Translations under genes and position numbers: made by a program | Notes under the pieces: generated by a model | Seen by the model: only the letters and a program-made list of their open reading frames with translations | The model's database searches: none | What the model was told of the DNA's origin: nothing | Assembly (NCBI GenBank): GCA_003670475.1 | Contig: QWRJ01000002.1 | Coordinates: 34,240-98,239 of the forward strand | Direction of reading: 5' to 3' | Source: Candidatus Limnocylindrus sp. ZSMar2m-chloro-G89 | GTDB taxonomy: Bacteria; Chloroflexota; Limnocylindria; Limnocylindrales; Limnocylindraceae | DNA length: 64,000 nucleotides | Shown: piece by piece, positions 9,687 to 20,565 of the stretch | Position numbering within the stretch: position 1 is the first letter of the stretch | How the letters are laid out: every line of letters begins with the position of its first letter

Positions 9687-11293
9687 CTCCCTTCAGGTCC
9701 GCCCGAATACTGATCTGGCCGTGGCGGCTCGCTCCCTGCAACGCGCGCGGCGTGCTCTTGCGCAACTGGGCTAACTGGACGGGCGAAGAGTGGGTGCCCC
9801 TCTGAGGTGAGACATCGGCCACTCGCAAGATCCCACTGCCAGCCGTGGATGCTGCAGGTGAGAGTCTCACCATCCTCCGTGCCGAAGCGTGTCAGATCCG
9901 CCTTCATATGCGGGCAGCGCCGCTGCACCTGCCAGCCGTTCAGGTCAAAGGTTCCCTCGGTGGGGCCATTCTCGGCGTAGAAGCCTTCTGCGTACTGGAT
10001 CCGCGCCACGGAGAGGCACTTGAACCAGGTGTAGAGGTAGTCGTTGTAAGAGCCACGCCGCCAGGCGCTGAAGCGCAGCGAGAGGAAGAGCGAGTTGACC
10101 CAGTCATCGGTCCGCGTCCGGACCAGATGATCGAGGAGGAGGCGGGGGATGGTGAAGCGGAAATCAACGTCGCGCCCGTCGTCAGCGACGACTGCGCGCT
10201 CAGAGAAGTCGAGCAACAGGCTGGTGTCGTCAGTCTGAATACGGACCGGCCCGCCGATCCCATCGCAGACGCGCGGGCCGAGCGCCATCAGCGGCTCAAA
10301 CCACGCCTTCATGTCAGCCAGAAGATCCGTGCGAGGTCCCGCCCACGACGCCTTCTCTGCGGCGATACGTGGCGCCACGTCCTTTGCGTACGTGCGCAAG
10401 TACGCCTCCTTATCAGCAAAGACGCTCTGCACAGACAGTTCGCCCTCTAGATGCTGCACGTCAAACCTTTCGCCATCATTAAATGTACCGATGCTCCCAG
10501 GGAGCATCAGGACCGCCTGCTGGCCTGCCTGTTGTAGGTAGTCAACCATCAGGCGCTGATCCGGAAAGATTGAGTCCTCAGCATTGTTGACGTCGTTCCA
10601 CTGGAAGAGCTCATCGTCAAGGAAGCAGGGGGGTCCCGCGGAGGGAATCACGACGCGGGGACTGATGATCTCCACGTAGCGAGCGGCACGGGCGAACTGT
10701 GCGGCGCGCTTCTTCTTTGCGAGCGCCTCCTTGGCGCGTTCAGGGAGTTCGTAGACCATCGGGTACCAGATGGCGCCGCTGAACTGCAGCAGACAGATAT
10801 CAATCGCTCCTTGCACCAAGAGGCGGTCAGGATCGATCGGCCGGCTGTCATTCAGGTTGAGCAGGCGCTCCACACCGTCGTCCACTAGCAGGGCAGAGTC
10901 GCCGATCGGCCCATCTGTTGGCGCTGTGAGCGCCTCAACGACCAGCGTCAGTCCGCCGTGCTGCACAGGGACGCCAGAGACTGTCTCAATGAACCTGCTG
11001 AAGCCGAGCTCAGTGAGCGCCTCGCGCAGCTCAGGGAGCGGGTAGGCGGGGAGGATGACCGTCGCCTCCTTGCTGCACCAGCGGGCAAGCCACTCAGGGT
11101 CGAAATGGTCTCTGTGGAGGTGGCTGATATAGAGGTAGTCCGTGGCGCCTAAGGCGGCGTGATCAAGACCATCGTTTCGTGGGTACGGGAACCAGCCTGC
11201 GTAGTAGGCCGGGTTGAACCAGGGGTCACAGAGGATGGAGCCGTGGGCGGTATGGATCTTCACGCCAGCCTGAGCGATGAATTCGATCCGCAT
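9683..11293 (-). CDS. MBL-fold metallo-hydrolase fused to C-terminal Rieske [2Fe-2S] domain
   Basis: HLHRDH metal-binding motif in the N-terminal MBL fold; C-terminal CPH...(17 aa)...CSIHGW Rieske CxH/CxxH motif. Confidence 0.7.
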   Translation of the reverse strand: MRIEFIAQAGVKIHTAHGSILCDPWFNPAYYAGWFPYPRNDGLDHAALGATDYLYISHLHRDHFDPEWLARWCSKEATVILPAYPLPELREALTELGFSRFIETVSGVPVQHGGLTLVVEALTAPTDGPIGDSALLVDDGVERLLNLNDSRPIDPDRLLVQGAIDICLLQFSGAIWYPMVYELPERAKEALAKKKRAAQFARAARYVEIISPRVVIPSAGPPCFLDDELFQWNDVNNAEDSIFPDQRLMVDYLQQAGQQAVLMLPGSIGTFNDGERFDVQHLEGELSVQSVFADKEAYLRTYAKDVAPRIAAEKASWAGPRTDLLADMKAWFEPLMALGPRVCDGIGGPVRIQTDDTSLLLDFSERAVVADDGRDVDFRFTIPRLLLDHLVRTRTDDWVNSLFLSLRFSAWRRGSYNDYLYTWFKCLSVARIQYAEGFYAENGPTEGTFDLNGWQVQRRCPHMKADLTRFGTEDGETLTCSIHGWQWDLASGRCLTSEGHPLFARPVSPVAQEHAARVAGSEPPRPDQYSGGPEGS

Positions 11294-11374
11294 GGGGAGA
11301 GGATACGCCCTAAGGGGAGATTTCGTGCTCGGCCACCCGATATCTTCGTCACATAACTATCATTATCGGAATCA

Positions 11375-11401
11375 AAAGGGAGGGTCTTGGCGCCTCCCCC
11401 T
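11375..11401 (-). terminator. Putative Rho-independent terminator after hflX
   Basis: Minus-strand GGGAGG-9nt loop-CCTCCC followed by TTTTGAT. Confidence 0.4.
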
Positions 11402-11408
11402 GAGCCCG

Positions 11409-12704
11409 TTAAAGCACTCGGCCGATCGCCCGCCGTTTCAACTGCTGCAGTTCTGCCGCTACATCTGTTGGCGCAAATCCCGTCACATGCAGCGCCGCGT
11501 CCTCATATGCCACCTGGATCCCAGTCCGGGCTCGGAGCGCCTCAACTTCGCCGACCACCCCATACGGGAGCTCGAGGTCGATTGCCACCCCTTGCCGCTG
11601 CAGGACCTCCTCAAGGTGATCCCTGAGCGCTGGAAGGCCATCCCCTGTTGCTGCGGCCACCCGGAGCGCCCCCTCAATAAGCGCGCCGGCATTCGGGCGA
11701 TCGCACTTGTTGGCGACCGCGATACGCGGCTTCTCGTCCACGCCGAGCTCTTCGAGTACCTCCTGCACCGTGGCGCGGTGCTCGGCCCAGTGGCGGTCAG
11801 AGGCGTCGACGACCTCAAGGAGGAGATCGGCGCGTGCAACCTCTTCCAGCGTGGCGCGGAAGGCGTCAACGAGCTGATGTGGCAGCTTGTGAATGAAGCC
11901 CACCGTATCGGTGACGATCGCATGCGCGCCACTAGGAAGGCGTAAGCGTCGACTTGTCGGATCAAGTGTGGCGAAGAGTCGATCCTCAGCGAGTACTGCG
12001 TTGCTCCCAACAAGGCTGTTCAGCAGCGTTGACTTACCAGCGTTGGTGTATCCAACAATTGCCACGGTTGGCACACCGCCAGCTGAACGCGCCCGTGCGC
12101 CAGTTTCGCGACTGCGACGCACCTGGTCAACACGCGCCTTCATGAGCGAGATACGGTCGCGGATCAGGCGGCGGTCAGTTTCAAGTTGCGACTCACCAGG
12201 TCCACGCGTCCCAATACCGCCACCGGTGCGTGAAAGGTGCGTCCACAGCTTTGTGAGGCGCGGGAGTTGGTACTCAAGTTGCGCAAGCTCAACCTGTAGC
12301 CGTCCTTCGTGTGTCCGCGCATGCATCGCAAAGATGTCAAGGATAAGACGGCTTCGGTCAATCACCTTCACCTCAAGGACCTCCTCAAGGCCGCGCTGCT
12401 GCGTTGGTGAAAGTTCATCGTCGGCAATGAGAAGTGTGAATCCAGTCTCCGCCTTTGCGGCAAGTAACTCGCGCGCCTTGCCAGCACCGATATATGTATC
12501 TGGATCGGCGTGCCGTCGCTGCTGCCACTCGGCTCCAACAATTTCAGCGCCAGCGGTACGCGCGAGGCTCGCCAACTCTTCGAGGCTATCCACTGCAGGC
12601 CAGCCAGGATCGTTGCCAGTGTCTACCGCAATCAAGAATGCACGCTCAACTGGTGGGGCAATCTCAATTGGTGCTCGTCGCTGGCGCACTGTGCGCTCCC
12701 CCAC
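11409..12704 (-). CDS. hflX: GTPase HflX
   Basis: GYTNAGKSTLLN G1 motif, DTVGF, NKCD; HflX N-terminal domain. Confidence 0.9.
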   Translation of the reverse strand: MGERTVRQRRAPIEIAPPVERAFLIAVDTGNDPGWPAVDSLEELASLARTAGAEIVGAEWQQRRHADPDTYIGAGKARELLAAKAETGFTLLIADDELSPTQQRGLEEVLEVKVIDRSRLILDIFAMHARTHEGRLQVELAQLEYQLPRLTKLWTHLSRTGGGIGTRGPGESQLETDRRLIRDRISLMKARVDQVRRSRETGARARSAGGVPTVAIVGYTNAGKSTLLNSLVGSNAVLAEDRLFATLDPTSRRLRLPSGAHAIVTDTVGFIHKLPHQLVDAFRATLEEVARADLLLEVVDASDRHWAEHRATVQEVLEELGVDEKPRIAVANKCDRPNAGALIEGALRVAAATGDGLPALRDHLEEVLQRQGVAIDLELPYGVVGEVEALRARTGIQVAYEDAALHVTGFAPTDVAAELQQLKRRAIGRVL

Positions 12705-12705
12705 C

Positions 12706-13683
12706 TTACGCTCCAGTCTGCTCGATCAGCGTCCGTGCAAGCGCGTGAAGATCAGCGGCAACACGTGCAGTGGTCTGGCTGCTGCCGGCATTGATCGTGG
12801 TGCTAATTGGCTCTCCGCGATACCAGGTGCGCTGTCGACGCGCATAGGCCCAACTCCTTCCGCTTGAGTGCGTGATCGCCTTCTCCTCGCTGATCTCACC
12901 GAGACGATACTGCAGCGCTTCGCGGTAGCCAATACCCGAGAGGGCTGGCGTCTCGGCTGGAAGACGGGCTGCAAGCGCCTCTGTCTCTGCAACGAGGCCG
13001 TTCGCAAACTGTGCGGTGGCTCGCTCAGCGATCGCCGTGCGGTGGGCGGCGCTATCTGGCTCGTCAAGAAGGACGTACGCGTTTGGGCCGCTCCACGGCT
13101 CCTCCTCGGTGGCGGTGGGGTCTCCTCCGAGTTGTGCGATCTCGAGCGCGCGCAGCAGTCGCCGTGGGCTCGCGGTCGCAACGGCATCTGCCGCAGCGGC
13201 GTTCAGCCCGCGTAGCTGCACCTCAATGTGCTCGCGCCCCTCTTCGGCAAGCTCACGCTCAAGGCGCGCCCGAAGCTCAGGGTCGTGCGGACGTGCGCCA
13301 CCGGTCAGAAAGCCACGAAGTAACCCTCGGTGATAGAGGCCGGTCCCGCCAACCGCAATGGCGATCTGCGGCGCGCCGCTCGCTGTCGGTGCACTAATCG
13401 CCTCGCGTGCGATCGCGAGCCAGTCGTAGAGGGTGAAGGGTTGATCAGCCTCGGCAACGTCGATCCCTGCGTGGGGGCGACGCGCACGCACCTCAGCTGA
13501 GAGCTTATCCGTGCCGATATCGAACCCACGGAAGACCTGCCGTGAATCGGCAGAGACGAGCGTAAAGCGCACGCCATCACGATCGAGCAGATCGGCGAGG
13601 GCGAGCACCGCAGCACTCTTCCCTACCGCCGTGGGGCCGGCGACGGCGAGGAGGGGCGTTGCCCGCTCAGCGGGCGTAATCAA
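12706..13683 (-). CDS. miaA: tRNA dimethylallyltransferase
   Basis: [12 protein letters not shown]-loop and overall MiaA similarity. Confidence 0.9.
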   Translation of the reverse strand: MITPAERATPLLAVAGPTAVGKSAAVLALADLLDRDGVRFTLVSADSRQVFRGFDIGTDKLSAEVRARRPHAGIDVAEADQPFTLYDWLAIAREAISAPTASGAPQIAIAVGGTGLYHRGLLRGFLTGGARPHDPELRARLERELAEEGREHIEVQLRGLNAAAADAVATASPRRLLRALEIAQLGGDPTATEEEPWSGPNAYVLLDEPDSAAHRTAIAERATAQFANGLVAETEALAARLPAETPALSGIGYREALQYRLGEISEEKAITHSSGRSWAYARRQRTWYRGEPISTTINAGSSQTTARVAADLHALARTLIEQTGA

Positions 13684-15193
13684 CCGCCCGCGTCTCCCGA
13701 ATCACGGTGACACGAATCTGCCCCGGATATGAGAGCTGCTCCTCAATGCGTTTCACAACGTCACGTGCAATCTCTCGCGCTCGTTCGTCGTCAACGTGAT
13801 CTGGTCGAACGAGGATGCGGACTTCACGTCCAGCCTGAACGGCGTAGACCTTCTCTACCCCCTCAAAGCTCATCGCAATGTTCTGCAGATCCTCAAGGCG
13901 ACGGAGATGTGCTTCGGCCTGGTTGCCGCGAGCGCCTGGTCGTGCGGCGCTGATGGCGTCAGCAACTTGCACAATTGGTGCCTCGCGCGCCGTGCACTCC
14001 ACCTCTTGATGGTGCGCGGCAATCGCGTTGACGATCCCCTCAGGCATGCCGTGACGGCGTGCCAAGTCGGCACCGATTGCGGCGTGTGTCCCCTCAATCT
14101 CATGATCGAGTGCCTTCCCAATGTCATGCAGAAGTCCGCCAACCTTTGCGGCGCGGATATCCATGCCGAGCTCACCAGCAACGGCACCAGCCACCTGTGC
14201 TGTTTCAATTGAGTGCAGCAGCACATTCTGTCCGTACGACGTGCGCCACTGCAGGCGTCCAAGAATGCGGAGTAGCTCAGTTGGAATGCCCGTGACACCA
14301 ACCTCGAGTGCCGCCTCTTCCCCATTCTTCAGTGCAGTGGCGTCAACCTCACCCTGTGCCTTTGCAACAACCTCCTCAATGCGCACGGGATGAATGCGGC
14401 CATCCTGCATCAGTCGGTCAATCGTGACGCGCGCAACCTCTCGTCGCACCGGATCAAAGGAGGAGAGCGTCACCTGCATCGGCGTTTCGTCAATGAGGAG
14501 CTCAACGCCAGTCGCAGCCTCTAGTGCACGAATGTTTCGCCCTTCGCGACCGATGAGGCGGCCCTTCATCTCTTCGCTGGCTAGCTTGATGTGCGTGACG
14601 GAGTGTTCGGTGCTGTGGTCGGCGGCAACGCGCTGCATTGCGGTCAGGATCATGTCGCGGGCTCGATCGCCCGCCTCTTCAGCGGCGCGGCGCTCCAGTG
14701 TTGCGCGGAGTCGATTCGCCTCAGTCTCGGCATCTTCGGTGAGTCGGGCGAGGACCTCCTTGCGGGCCGCCTCTGCATCAAGGCCGGCGACCTCAGCGAG
14801 GCGTGCGTTCACTGAGGCACGCGCCGCCTCTAGGGTGGCCGCCTCCTCGAGAAGTCCGCGCTCGCGTTCAGCAATAGAGACCTCACGCTCTGCAAAGAAA
14901 GTCTCACGCTCGCCGAGTGTGACTTCGCGGAGACGGAAACGCTCGCCTTCTGCAGTGATCTGCTCGCGCTCCTGGCGGAGCCCATCCTCAGCGGCGAGTC
15001 GCATGCGGGAGATCTCCCCCTTCGCGGTGATGATCAGTGCGCTCTGCTGTTGACGCGCCTCTTCCACGATGCTGCGCGCGCGAACGGTGGCGGCACGAAT
15101 GCCCGCGGCGGCGATGAACTGTCGAACAAGGATGCCAAGAGCGAGACCGAATACGACAGCAACTACGGGGAGGACCCCGCCAAGGTTTTCCAT
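13667..15193 (-). CDS. rny: Ribonuclease Y
   Basis: N-terminal TM helix, coiled-coil, KH domain, HD domain ([17 protein letters not shown]). Confidence 0.9.
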   Translation of the reverse strand: MENLGGVLPVVAVVFGLALGILVRQFIAAAGIRAATVRARSIVEEARQQQSALIITAKGEISRMRLAAEDGLRQEREQITAEGERFRLREVTLGERETFFAEREVSIAERERGLLEEAATLEAARASVNARLAEVAGLDAEAARKEVLARLTEDAETEANRLRATLERRAAEEAGDRARDMILTAMQRVAADHSTEHSVTHIKLASEEMKGRLIGREGRNIRALEAATGVELLIDETPMQVTLSSFDPVRREVARVTIDRLMQDGRIHPVRIEEVVAKAQGEVDATALKNGEEAALEVGVTGIPTELLRILGRLQWRTSYGQNVLLHSIETAQVAGAVAGELGMDIRAAKVGGLLHDIGKALDHEIEGTHAAIGADLARRHGMPEGIVNAIAAHHQEVECTAREAPIVQVADAISAARPGARGNQAEAHLRRLEDLQNIAMSFEGVEKVYAVQAGREVRILVRPDHVDDERAREIARDVVKRIEEQLSYPGQIRVTVIRETRAVDYAR

Positions 15194-15340
15194 AGGTTCC
15201 CTTTGCCAGCCGTGCTCCGCGGGCTGGCGCGCGGTAATAGGTCAGTTTTCCAGCCAGGTGGCTGGGGTTGAAGGCTACGACCTCTAGGGGGGAGTGGTCA
15301 AACGCCTCGTGGCGGGGTGCCTGAAGCCTCCTGGCAGGGC

Positions 15341-15919
15341 CTACGCCTCGTCTACGGGCTCCGCAGCGTCGGGCCCCTCCCCCACCTCTGAAAGCCGCTC
15401 CCGCGCAATGCGCCAGGAGAGACCAGATGGAAATCCGCGTCGCGCCAGTGCCTGCGCAACCCGTTGCACCTCTGCGCGGGTGTCGCCACCACGGAGGCGA
15501 ACCTTCGCCGCTGCGGCCCGAGCCGCGCGCTCTTCCGCACCTGTGACCTCAGGCTCTCCAGGCGCCGACTCCGGCACCTCCGCCCGCTCAGCGAGCAGGC
15601 GCGTTGCGATCTCATCCGGCACCCCACGGCGCCGCAGCTCTTGCACTAGCGCCCGATCACCACGCTGTCGTGAGCGGTCACGCGACTCAATCAGCGAGCG
15701 CGCGAGCCGTTCGTCGTCAATGATGCCGATGGCCTCAAGGCGATCTGTTGCGGTGATCACGTGCTCTTCTAGATAGCCCGCGGCGATGAGTCGCTCGACG
15801 AGCGAACGCTTACTCCGTGGGGCGCCAGAGAGCGAACGCGCAGCGGCCTCTAAGACCGCTGCGGCGTCTGCTGCTGCATGGCGCTCCTTGATGAGCGCCG
15901 GATCCTTGCGGCGTCTCAC
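15341..15919 (-). CDS. recX: RecA regulator RecX
   Basis: RecX repeat architecture; immediately downstream of recA. Confidence 0.85.
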   Translation of the reverse strand: MRRRKDPALIKERHAAADAAAVLEAAARSLSGAPRSKRSLVERLIAAGYLEEHVITATDRLEAIGIIDDERLARSLIESRDRSRQRGDRALVQELRRRGVPDEIATRLLAERAEVPESAPGEPEVTGAEERAARAAAAKVRLRGGDTRAEVQRVAQALARRGFPSGLSWRIARERLSEVGEGPDAAEPVDEA

Positions 15920-15931
15920 CGCGCGCCGCGA

Positions 15932-17041
15932 CTACTCCCCGTCGCCAGGAGGTGCAACCGGCACGTCAAGCGTGGCGGTAGCGGCGCGAATCTTCGCGTC
16001 AATCTCTGCGGCGACCGTTGGGTTTGCCTTGAGGAACTCCTTCGACTGCTCGCGACCCTGACCGAGTCGCACCTCGCCGAAGTTGAACCAGGCGCCAGTC
16101 TTGGAGACGATATCTCCCGCAACACCAACGTCCAGGAGGCCACCCTCCATGCTGATCCCTTCACCGTACATGATGTCGAATTCGGCGATGCGGAACGGTG
16201 CCGCAACCTTATTCTTCACCACCTTCACGCGCACACGCGATCCAACGGCCTCAGTGCCAGTCTTGATCGTCTCAATGCGACGAATGTCGAGTCGGACCGA
16301 CGCATAGAACTTGAGCGCGCGACCACCTGGGGTGGTCTCCGGACTGCCGTACATCACACCAATCTTCTCGCGTAGCTGGTTAGTGAAGAGGAGCGTCGTA
16401 TTAGAACGCGCCACCGCACCGGTCAACTTGCGCAACGCTTGGCTCATCAGGCGTGCCTGAATGCCGACGAATGAGTCGCCCATCTCGCCTTCAATTTCCG
16501 CGCGTGGCACGAGTGCCGCCACGGAGTCGATCACGACGATATCCACGCCGCCCGATCGGATCAGCGTTTCAGCGATCTCCAGCGCCTGCTCGCCAGTGTC
16601 TGGCTGTGAGACGAGGAGCTCATCAACGTTCACGCCAGTCGCCGCCGCATAGGCAGAGTCAAGCGCATGCTCAACGTCAATGAAGGCGGCAACACCGCCC
16701 CGACGCTGTGCTTCAGCGATGATGTGCTGGCAGATCGTGGTCTTACCAGAAGACTCCGGCCCAAAGATCTCGCTGATGCGCCCGCGTGGCAAGCCGCCAA
16801 CACCGAGCGCGAGATCCAACGAGATTGCACCGGTTGGAATGGTGTCAACCTCAAGTCGCTCACGCGACCCGAGCTTCATGATCGCCCCGCGACCGAACTG
16901 CTTCTCAATGGTGAGGATTGCGGCATCTACCGCGCGGCTGCGCTCCGTTGACGCCTTCGCATCAACCTTCGCGTCAACTTTCGCTTCAGACTTGTCGGGC
17001 GCCGCCGACTTCGGGCTCTTGCTTTCGCTCTTCTCGGCCAT
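15932..17041 (-). CDS. recA: Recombinase RecA with about 25-aa Lys/Ala/Glu-rich N-terminal extension
   Basis: [18 protein letters not shown]...GPESSGKTT Walker A; canonical RecA throughout. Confidence 0.95.
   Translation of the reverse strand: MAEKSESKSPKSAAPDKSEAKVDAKVDAKASTERSRAVDAAILTIEKQFGRGAIMKLGSRERLEVDTIPTGAISLDLALGVGGLPRGRISEIFGPESSGKTTICQHIIAEAQRRGGVAAFIDVEHALDSAYAAATGVNVDELLVSQPDTGEQALEIAETLIRSGGVDIVVIDSVAALVPRAEIEGEMGDSFVGIQARLMSQALRKLTGAVARSNTTLLFTNQLREKIGVMYGSPETTPGGRALKFYASVRLDIRRIETIKTGTEAVGSRVRVKVVKNKVAAPFRIAEFDIMYGEGISMEGGLLDVGVAGDIVSKTGAWFNFGEVRLGQGREQSKEFLKANPTVAAEIDAKIRAATATLDVPVAPPGDGE
16955..16990. repeat. 3 x 12-nt imperfect tandem repeat encoding [11 protein letters not shown] in the recA N-terminal extension
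   Basis: cttcgcatcaac / cttcgcgtcaac / tttcgcttcaga on the forward strand. Confidence 0.5.
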
Positions 17042-17043
17042 CT

Positions 17044-18291
17044 CTATTCCCTGCCTTCTCTTGCTGTTGCCCTCTGTCGATTGACTCCGCGAAGCCTGCC
17101 ATCCTCGGCGTACCGTGGACGCATCGCGCCGCGAGCGGGCTCTTCGGAGGGCTCATCGCCGACTCCTAAGCGAGGGGTCCCCGGCCCCCCAGCCGCGGCA
17201 CGAAGCCGTGGCAGCTCGGCTGCGAGTGTACCCGAGCGGAGTGCCAACCGAATGGCACGCATGAAGGCGCTGAGGTGGCGCAGGTTGTGGATCGTGAGGA
17301 GGCGGTAGGCGAGCAGCTCCTCCGCACGGAAGAGGTGTGCCAGGTAGGCCCGGCTGAACCTACGGCAGGTTGAGCAGTCACAGAGCGCATCGAGGGGCTG
17401 ATCCTCGTCCAGGTGTCGCGCGTTCCGGAGGTTCATCCTTCCGCCGGTCACCCAGGCCTGGCCGTTTCGCGCCACTCGCGCTGGGAGGACGGAATCAAAG
17501 AGGTCAACGCCGCGCAGTACCGCTTCCAACAGATCAACTGGGGATCCGAGTCCCATCAGGTAGCGCACGCGGTGATCTCCTTGAAGTGCCGCGATCGTTG
17601 CCTCAACCGCCGTGTTGCGCTCCTCTGGTGTCTCGTCACCAGCGAGGCCACCAAGGTTGATCCCCTCAAACGGAAGTGAACGGATATAGCTCGCCGACTC
17701 AGCCCGCAGTTCAGGATCAATGCCCCCCTGCGCAATACCAAAAAGCGCTTGATCCCCCAGCGAGTGCGCACGGAGAGAGCGCACCGCCCACCGATGGGTG
17801 CGCTGCATCGCTCGCAGTACATCGCGGCGCTCACTCGAACCCGGCATCACCGGCTGATCAAACGCCACGGCGATATCTGGACCGAGCGCCTCCTGGATCT
17901 CAATAGAGCGCTCTGGTGTGAAGAGGTGCTGACTCCCATCTAAGTGGCTGTGGAATCGCGCCCCCTCTTCACGGATGCGCATCAGCGGACCGAGTGAGAC
18001 CACCTGAAAGCCGCCCGAATCCGTCAGCATCGGCTTACTCCACGCCGCAAACTTGTTGAGGCCACCGAGCCGCTTAATCCGCTCGTGTCCAGGCCGCAGG
18101 TAGAGGTGATACGTGTTCGCCAAAATGATCTGCGCTCCGATGCCATGCAGATCATCTGGGTCGAGCGACTTCACGGTGGCATTGGTACCGACAGGCATGA
18201 AGTCGGGGGTTTCAACGACGCCGTGCGGCAGCGTGAGCGTGCCAGCACGAGCGTTTGAGTCGGGGTCGGTTGCCGTGACGCTAAAACGCAG
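17044..18291 (-). CDS. tgt: Queuine tRNA-ribosyltransferase; conserved N-terminus lies upstream of the first ATG with no ATG/GTG/TTG in frame
   Basis: ORF-track ATG at 18198 gives MPVGT..., but in-frame upstream codons encode [31 protein letters not shown], which aligns to residues 1-32 of E. coli Tgt; the codon aligned to Met1 is CTG (18291-18289). Confidence 0.75.
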   Translation of the reverse strand: MRFSVTATDPDSNARAGTLTLPHGVVETPDFMPVGTNATVKSLDPDDLHGIGAQIILANTYHLYLRPGHERIKRLGGLNKFAAWSKPMLTDSGGFQVVSLGPLMRIREEGARFHSHLDGSQHLFTPERSIEIQEALGPDIAVAFDQPVMPGSSERRDVLRAMQRTHRWAVRSLRAHSLGDQALFGIAQGGIDPELRAESASYIRSLPFEGINLGGLAGDETPEERNTAVEATIAALQGDHRVRYLMGLGSPVDLLEAVLRGVDLFDSVLPARVARNGQAWVTGGRMNLRNARHLDEDQPLDALCDCSTCRRFSRAYLAHLFRAEELLAYRLLTIHNLRHLSAFMRAIRLALRSGTLAAELPRLRAAAGGPGTPRLGVGDEPSEEPARGAMRPRYAEDGRLRGVNRQRATAREGRE

Positions 18292-18356
18292 TGAACGCTC
18301 TGCGCGCGGTGGAAGTGTCGCTGGATCAGAGAGTGCGGCGAGCCGCGCGCTCTCGC

Positions 18357-19361
18357 TCAGCTCCCACTCCAGAGCGAGGCGCTTCCGCGACCGAGATGCG
18401 TCCGACCGCGCTCGGTAACCACGCGACCCTGAGGTGTGCGATCAAGGAAGCCGATGCGCAACAGGAATGGCTCAAACACATCCTCAAGTGTGTCTGGCGA
18501 CTCACCCAGGAGTGCCGCCATGGCGGCAACGCCGACCGGTCCCCCATCAAACTTGTCGAGCATCATCTGCAGCAGTTTTCGATCGGTGGCATCAAGGCCA
18601 GCATCGTCAATCTGCAGGCCAACAAGTGCCTTCGCGGCGCGCTCTAGCGTGATCTCACTCGACCCAGCGACCTGCACCTCGTCGCGCACGCGACGAAGGA
18701 GGCGGTTGGCAATGCGCGGCGTGCCGCGACTTCGTGCCGCAATGAGTGCCGCCGCATCGCCTGTGATGCTGACACCAAGGATTCCTGCGGAGCGTTGCAC
18801 GATTGCGGTGAGTTCGTCGTCGGCATAGAAGTCGAGTCGCTGCACCGCGCCGAATCGATCACGCAGTGGTGCTGAGAGCATGCCGATGCGTGTGGTCGCA
18901 CCGATGAGCGTGAATGGGGGCACCTCAAGGCGGAGCGGCTGCGCGGAGGGGCCCTTCCCGATCACGATGTCAATGGAGCGATCCTCCATCGCCGGATAGA
19001 GCACTTCTTCTACGGCGCGGCCGAGACGGTGAATCTCATCAATAAAGAGCACCTGCCGCGGGACAAGGTTCGTCAAGATCGCGGCAAGATCTCCGCCATG
19101 ATCAATGGCGGTGCCAGAGGTGAAGCGAATCTGCACACCGAGCTCGTGCGCAACGATTGCAGCAAGCGTCGTCTTCCCGAGGCCGGGTGGTCCGTGCAAG
19201 AGAAGGTGATCTGCCGCCTCACCGCGCTCGCGCGCAGCCTGTAGCAGGGTGGTCAGCGAACGCTTTGCCTCACCCTGGCCGATGTACTCGCCGAGCGACG
19301 CTGGGCGCAGTGTCGCCTCAAGGCTTCGCTCTTCCCCCTCGTTGATCTGCGGCTCACTCAC
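18357..19361 (-). CDS. ruvB: Holliday junction helicase RuvB
   Basis: [12 protein letters not shown] Walker A, AAA+ RuvB. Confidence 0.95.
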   Translation of the reverse strand: MSEPQINEGEERSLEATLRPASLGEYIGQGEAKRSLTTLLQAARERGEAADHLLLHGPPGLGKTTLAAIVAHELGVQIRFTSGTAIDHGGDLAAILTNLVPRQVLFIDEIHRLGRAVEEVLYPAMEDRSIDIVIGKGPSAQPLRLEVPPFTLIGATTRIGMLSAPLRDRFGAVQRLDFYADDELTAIVQRSAGILGVSITGDAAALIAARSRGTPRIANRLLRRVRDEVQVAGSSEITLERAAKALVGLQIDDAGLDATDRKLLQMMLDKFDGGPVGVAAMAALLGESPDTLEDVFEPFLLRIGFLDRTPQGRVVTERGRTHLGRGSASLWSGS

Positions 19362-19381
19362 GCGTCCCCTCCCCCGCCACC

Positions 19382-19978
19382 TTACGCGCGCTCGCGGAGC
19401 GCGGCACGGAGTCGCTCATCAAGTGGTGCGCTTCGTAGCGAAGCATCCGCCTCAACGAGTGTGGCAAGTTCACGCGCGTCGCGCGGCGGGAAGCCGAGGC
19501 TGCGGAGCGCGGCGGCAAGATCAGAGCTACCAGCACTTCGAGGAGCGTCAGGAGTGCCGCTAACTTCCGCGGCATCACGGGCGATGCGATCACGCAGCTC
19601 CAAGATGATGCGCGCGGCGAGTCGGCGACCGACACCGGGCGCAGTTGCGAGCAGCTTCTCGTCGCCGTCCACGAGTCCGCGACGGAGCGTCTCCGCTCCA
19701 TGTGTTCCGAGCAGCGCAAGGGCGACCTTCGGTCCAACCCCGCTCACATCAAGGAGCGTGGCGAAGAGTCGCTCCTGATCGCGACTGGTGAAACCAACAA
19801 GCCCTTCGCTATCTTCGCGAACAAGGTGATGAAGATAGAGCTCAACCTTCGCACCTTCAGTGAGCGAGCTGATCAGTTGTGGCAGGACGCGGATACGCAG
19901 GCCGAGCCCGTTGCTCTGCACCACGACGGCATCATCCTCAATCCAACTGACGCTTCCAGCAATGAACGCGTACATCAC
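19382..19978 (-). CDS. ruvA: Holliday junction branch-migration protein RuvA
   Basis: OB fold + HhH pairs ([13 protein letters not shown]). Confidence 0.9.
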   Translation of the reverse strand: MMYAFIAGSVSWIEDDAVVVQSNGLGLRIRVLPQLISSLTEGAKVELYLHHLVREDSEGLVGFTSRDQERLFATLLDVSGVGPKVALALLGTHGAETLRRGLVDGDEKLLATAPGVGRRLAARIILELRDRIARDAAEVSGTPDAPRSAGSSDLAAALRSLGFPPRDARELATLVEADASLRSAPLDERLRAALRERA

Positions 19979-20565
19979 TACGCTCGCTCCCCGCGGAGCG
20001 CCTTACGCACTGCGCGATCAAAGCCACTCTCAACAGCGGCGCCAGAGGCGGCCGAGCGATCAAGGCGCGCAGAACCAGAGCCTGTGAGTCCACGTGCAGC
20101 GCCACCACCCCAGATTGCGAGCGCCAACGCATCGGACGCGTCATCTGGAGTTGGTGCGCGCTCAAGCGCAAGAAGTCGTGTCACGGCACGCGTGACCGCA
20201 CCCTTCGCAGCGCGGCCATCTCCTGCGATCGCTCGCTTCATCTCCGAAGGGGTGGCTTCAACAAGATCAATCTTCAGTTCCGCGGCAATCATGAGCGCAA
20301 CACCACGCGCCGCAGCAACAGCAACCGCCGATTGCACGTTCCCCTGGCTGAAGATGCGCTCGATCGCGATGCGGTCAGGCTTCTCGCTTCGCGCAATCTG
20401 CCGAAGTTCGGTGTGAATCTGAAGAAGACGTTCACCAAGTCCAAGCGATGCTGAGGTGGTGATGACGCCGTGACGCAGGTGCTTCGGACGATCGCCGCCA
20501 CTCTCCACCAGCCCCCAACCGAAGGTTGCGGTGCCAGGGTCCAAGCCGAGGACCCGCAGCTTCAT
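19978..20565 (-). CDS. ruvC: Holliday junction resolvase RuvC
   Basis: LGLDPGTATFGWGLV catalytic Asp N-terminus. Confidence 0.9.
   Translation of the reverse strand: MKLRVLGLDPGTATFGWGLVESGGDRPKHLRHGVITTSASLGLGERLLQIHTELRQIARSEKPDRIAIERIFSQGNVQSAVAVAAARGVALMIAAELKIDLVEATPSEMKRAIAGDGRAAKGAVTRAVTRLLALERAPTPDDASDALALAIWGGGAARGLTGSGSARLDRSAASGAAVESGFDRAVRKALRGERA

Noticed and set aside
11409-11412. Apparent 1-nt discrepancy between the ORF-track end of hflX (11409) and the TAA I locate by counting (11410-11412)
   Set aside because: Most likely a counting slip on my part over a long stretch. It does not affect any call, but it is the reason hand-derived coordinates are stated as approximate to within 1-2 nt.
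15194-15340. Several GC-rich hairpins (e.g. CCAGCC-AGGT-GGCTGG) in the recX-rny spacer as terminators or ncRNA
   Set aside because: No U-tracts on either strand after the stems and no recognisable ncRNA family. They are likely 5'-UTR secondary structure of rny or recX 3' structures; not called.
15932-17041. Possible intein in recA
   Set aside because: RecA is 369 aa and collinear with standard RecA apart from a short N-terminal Lys/Ala extension; there is no insertion.
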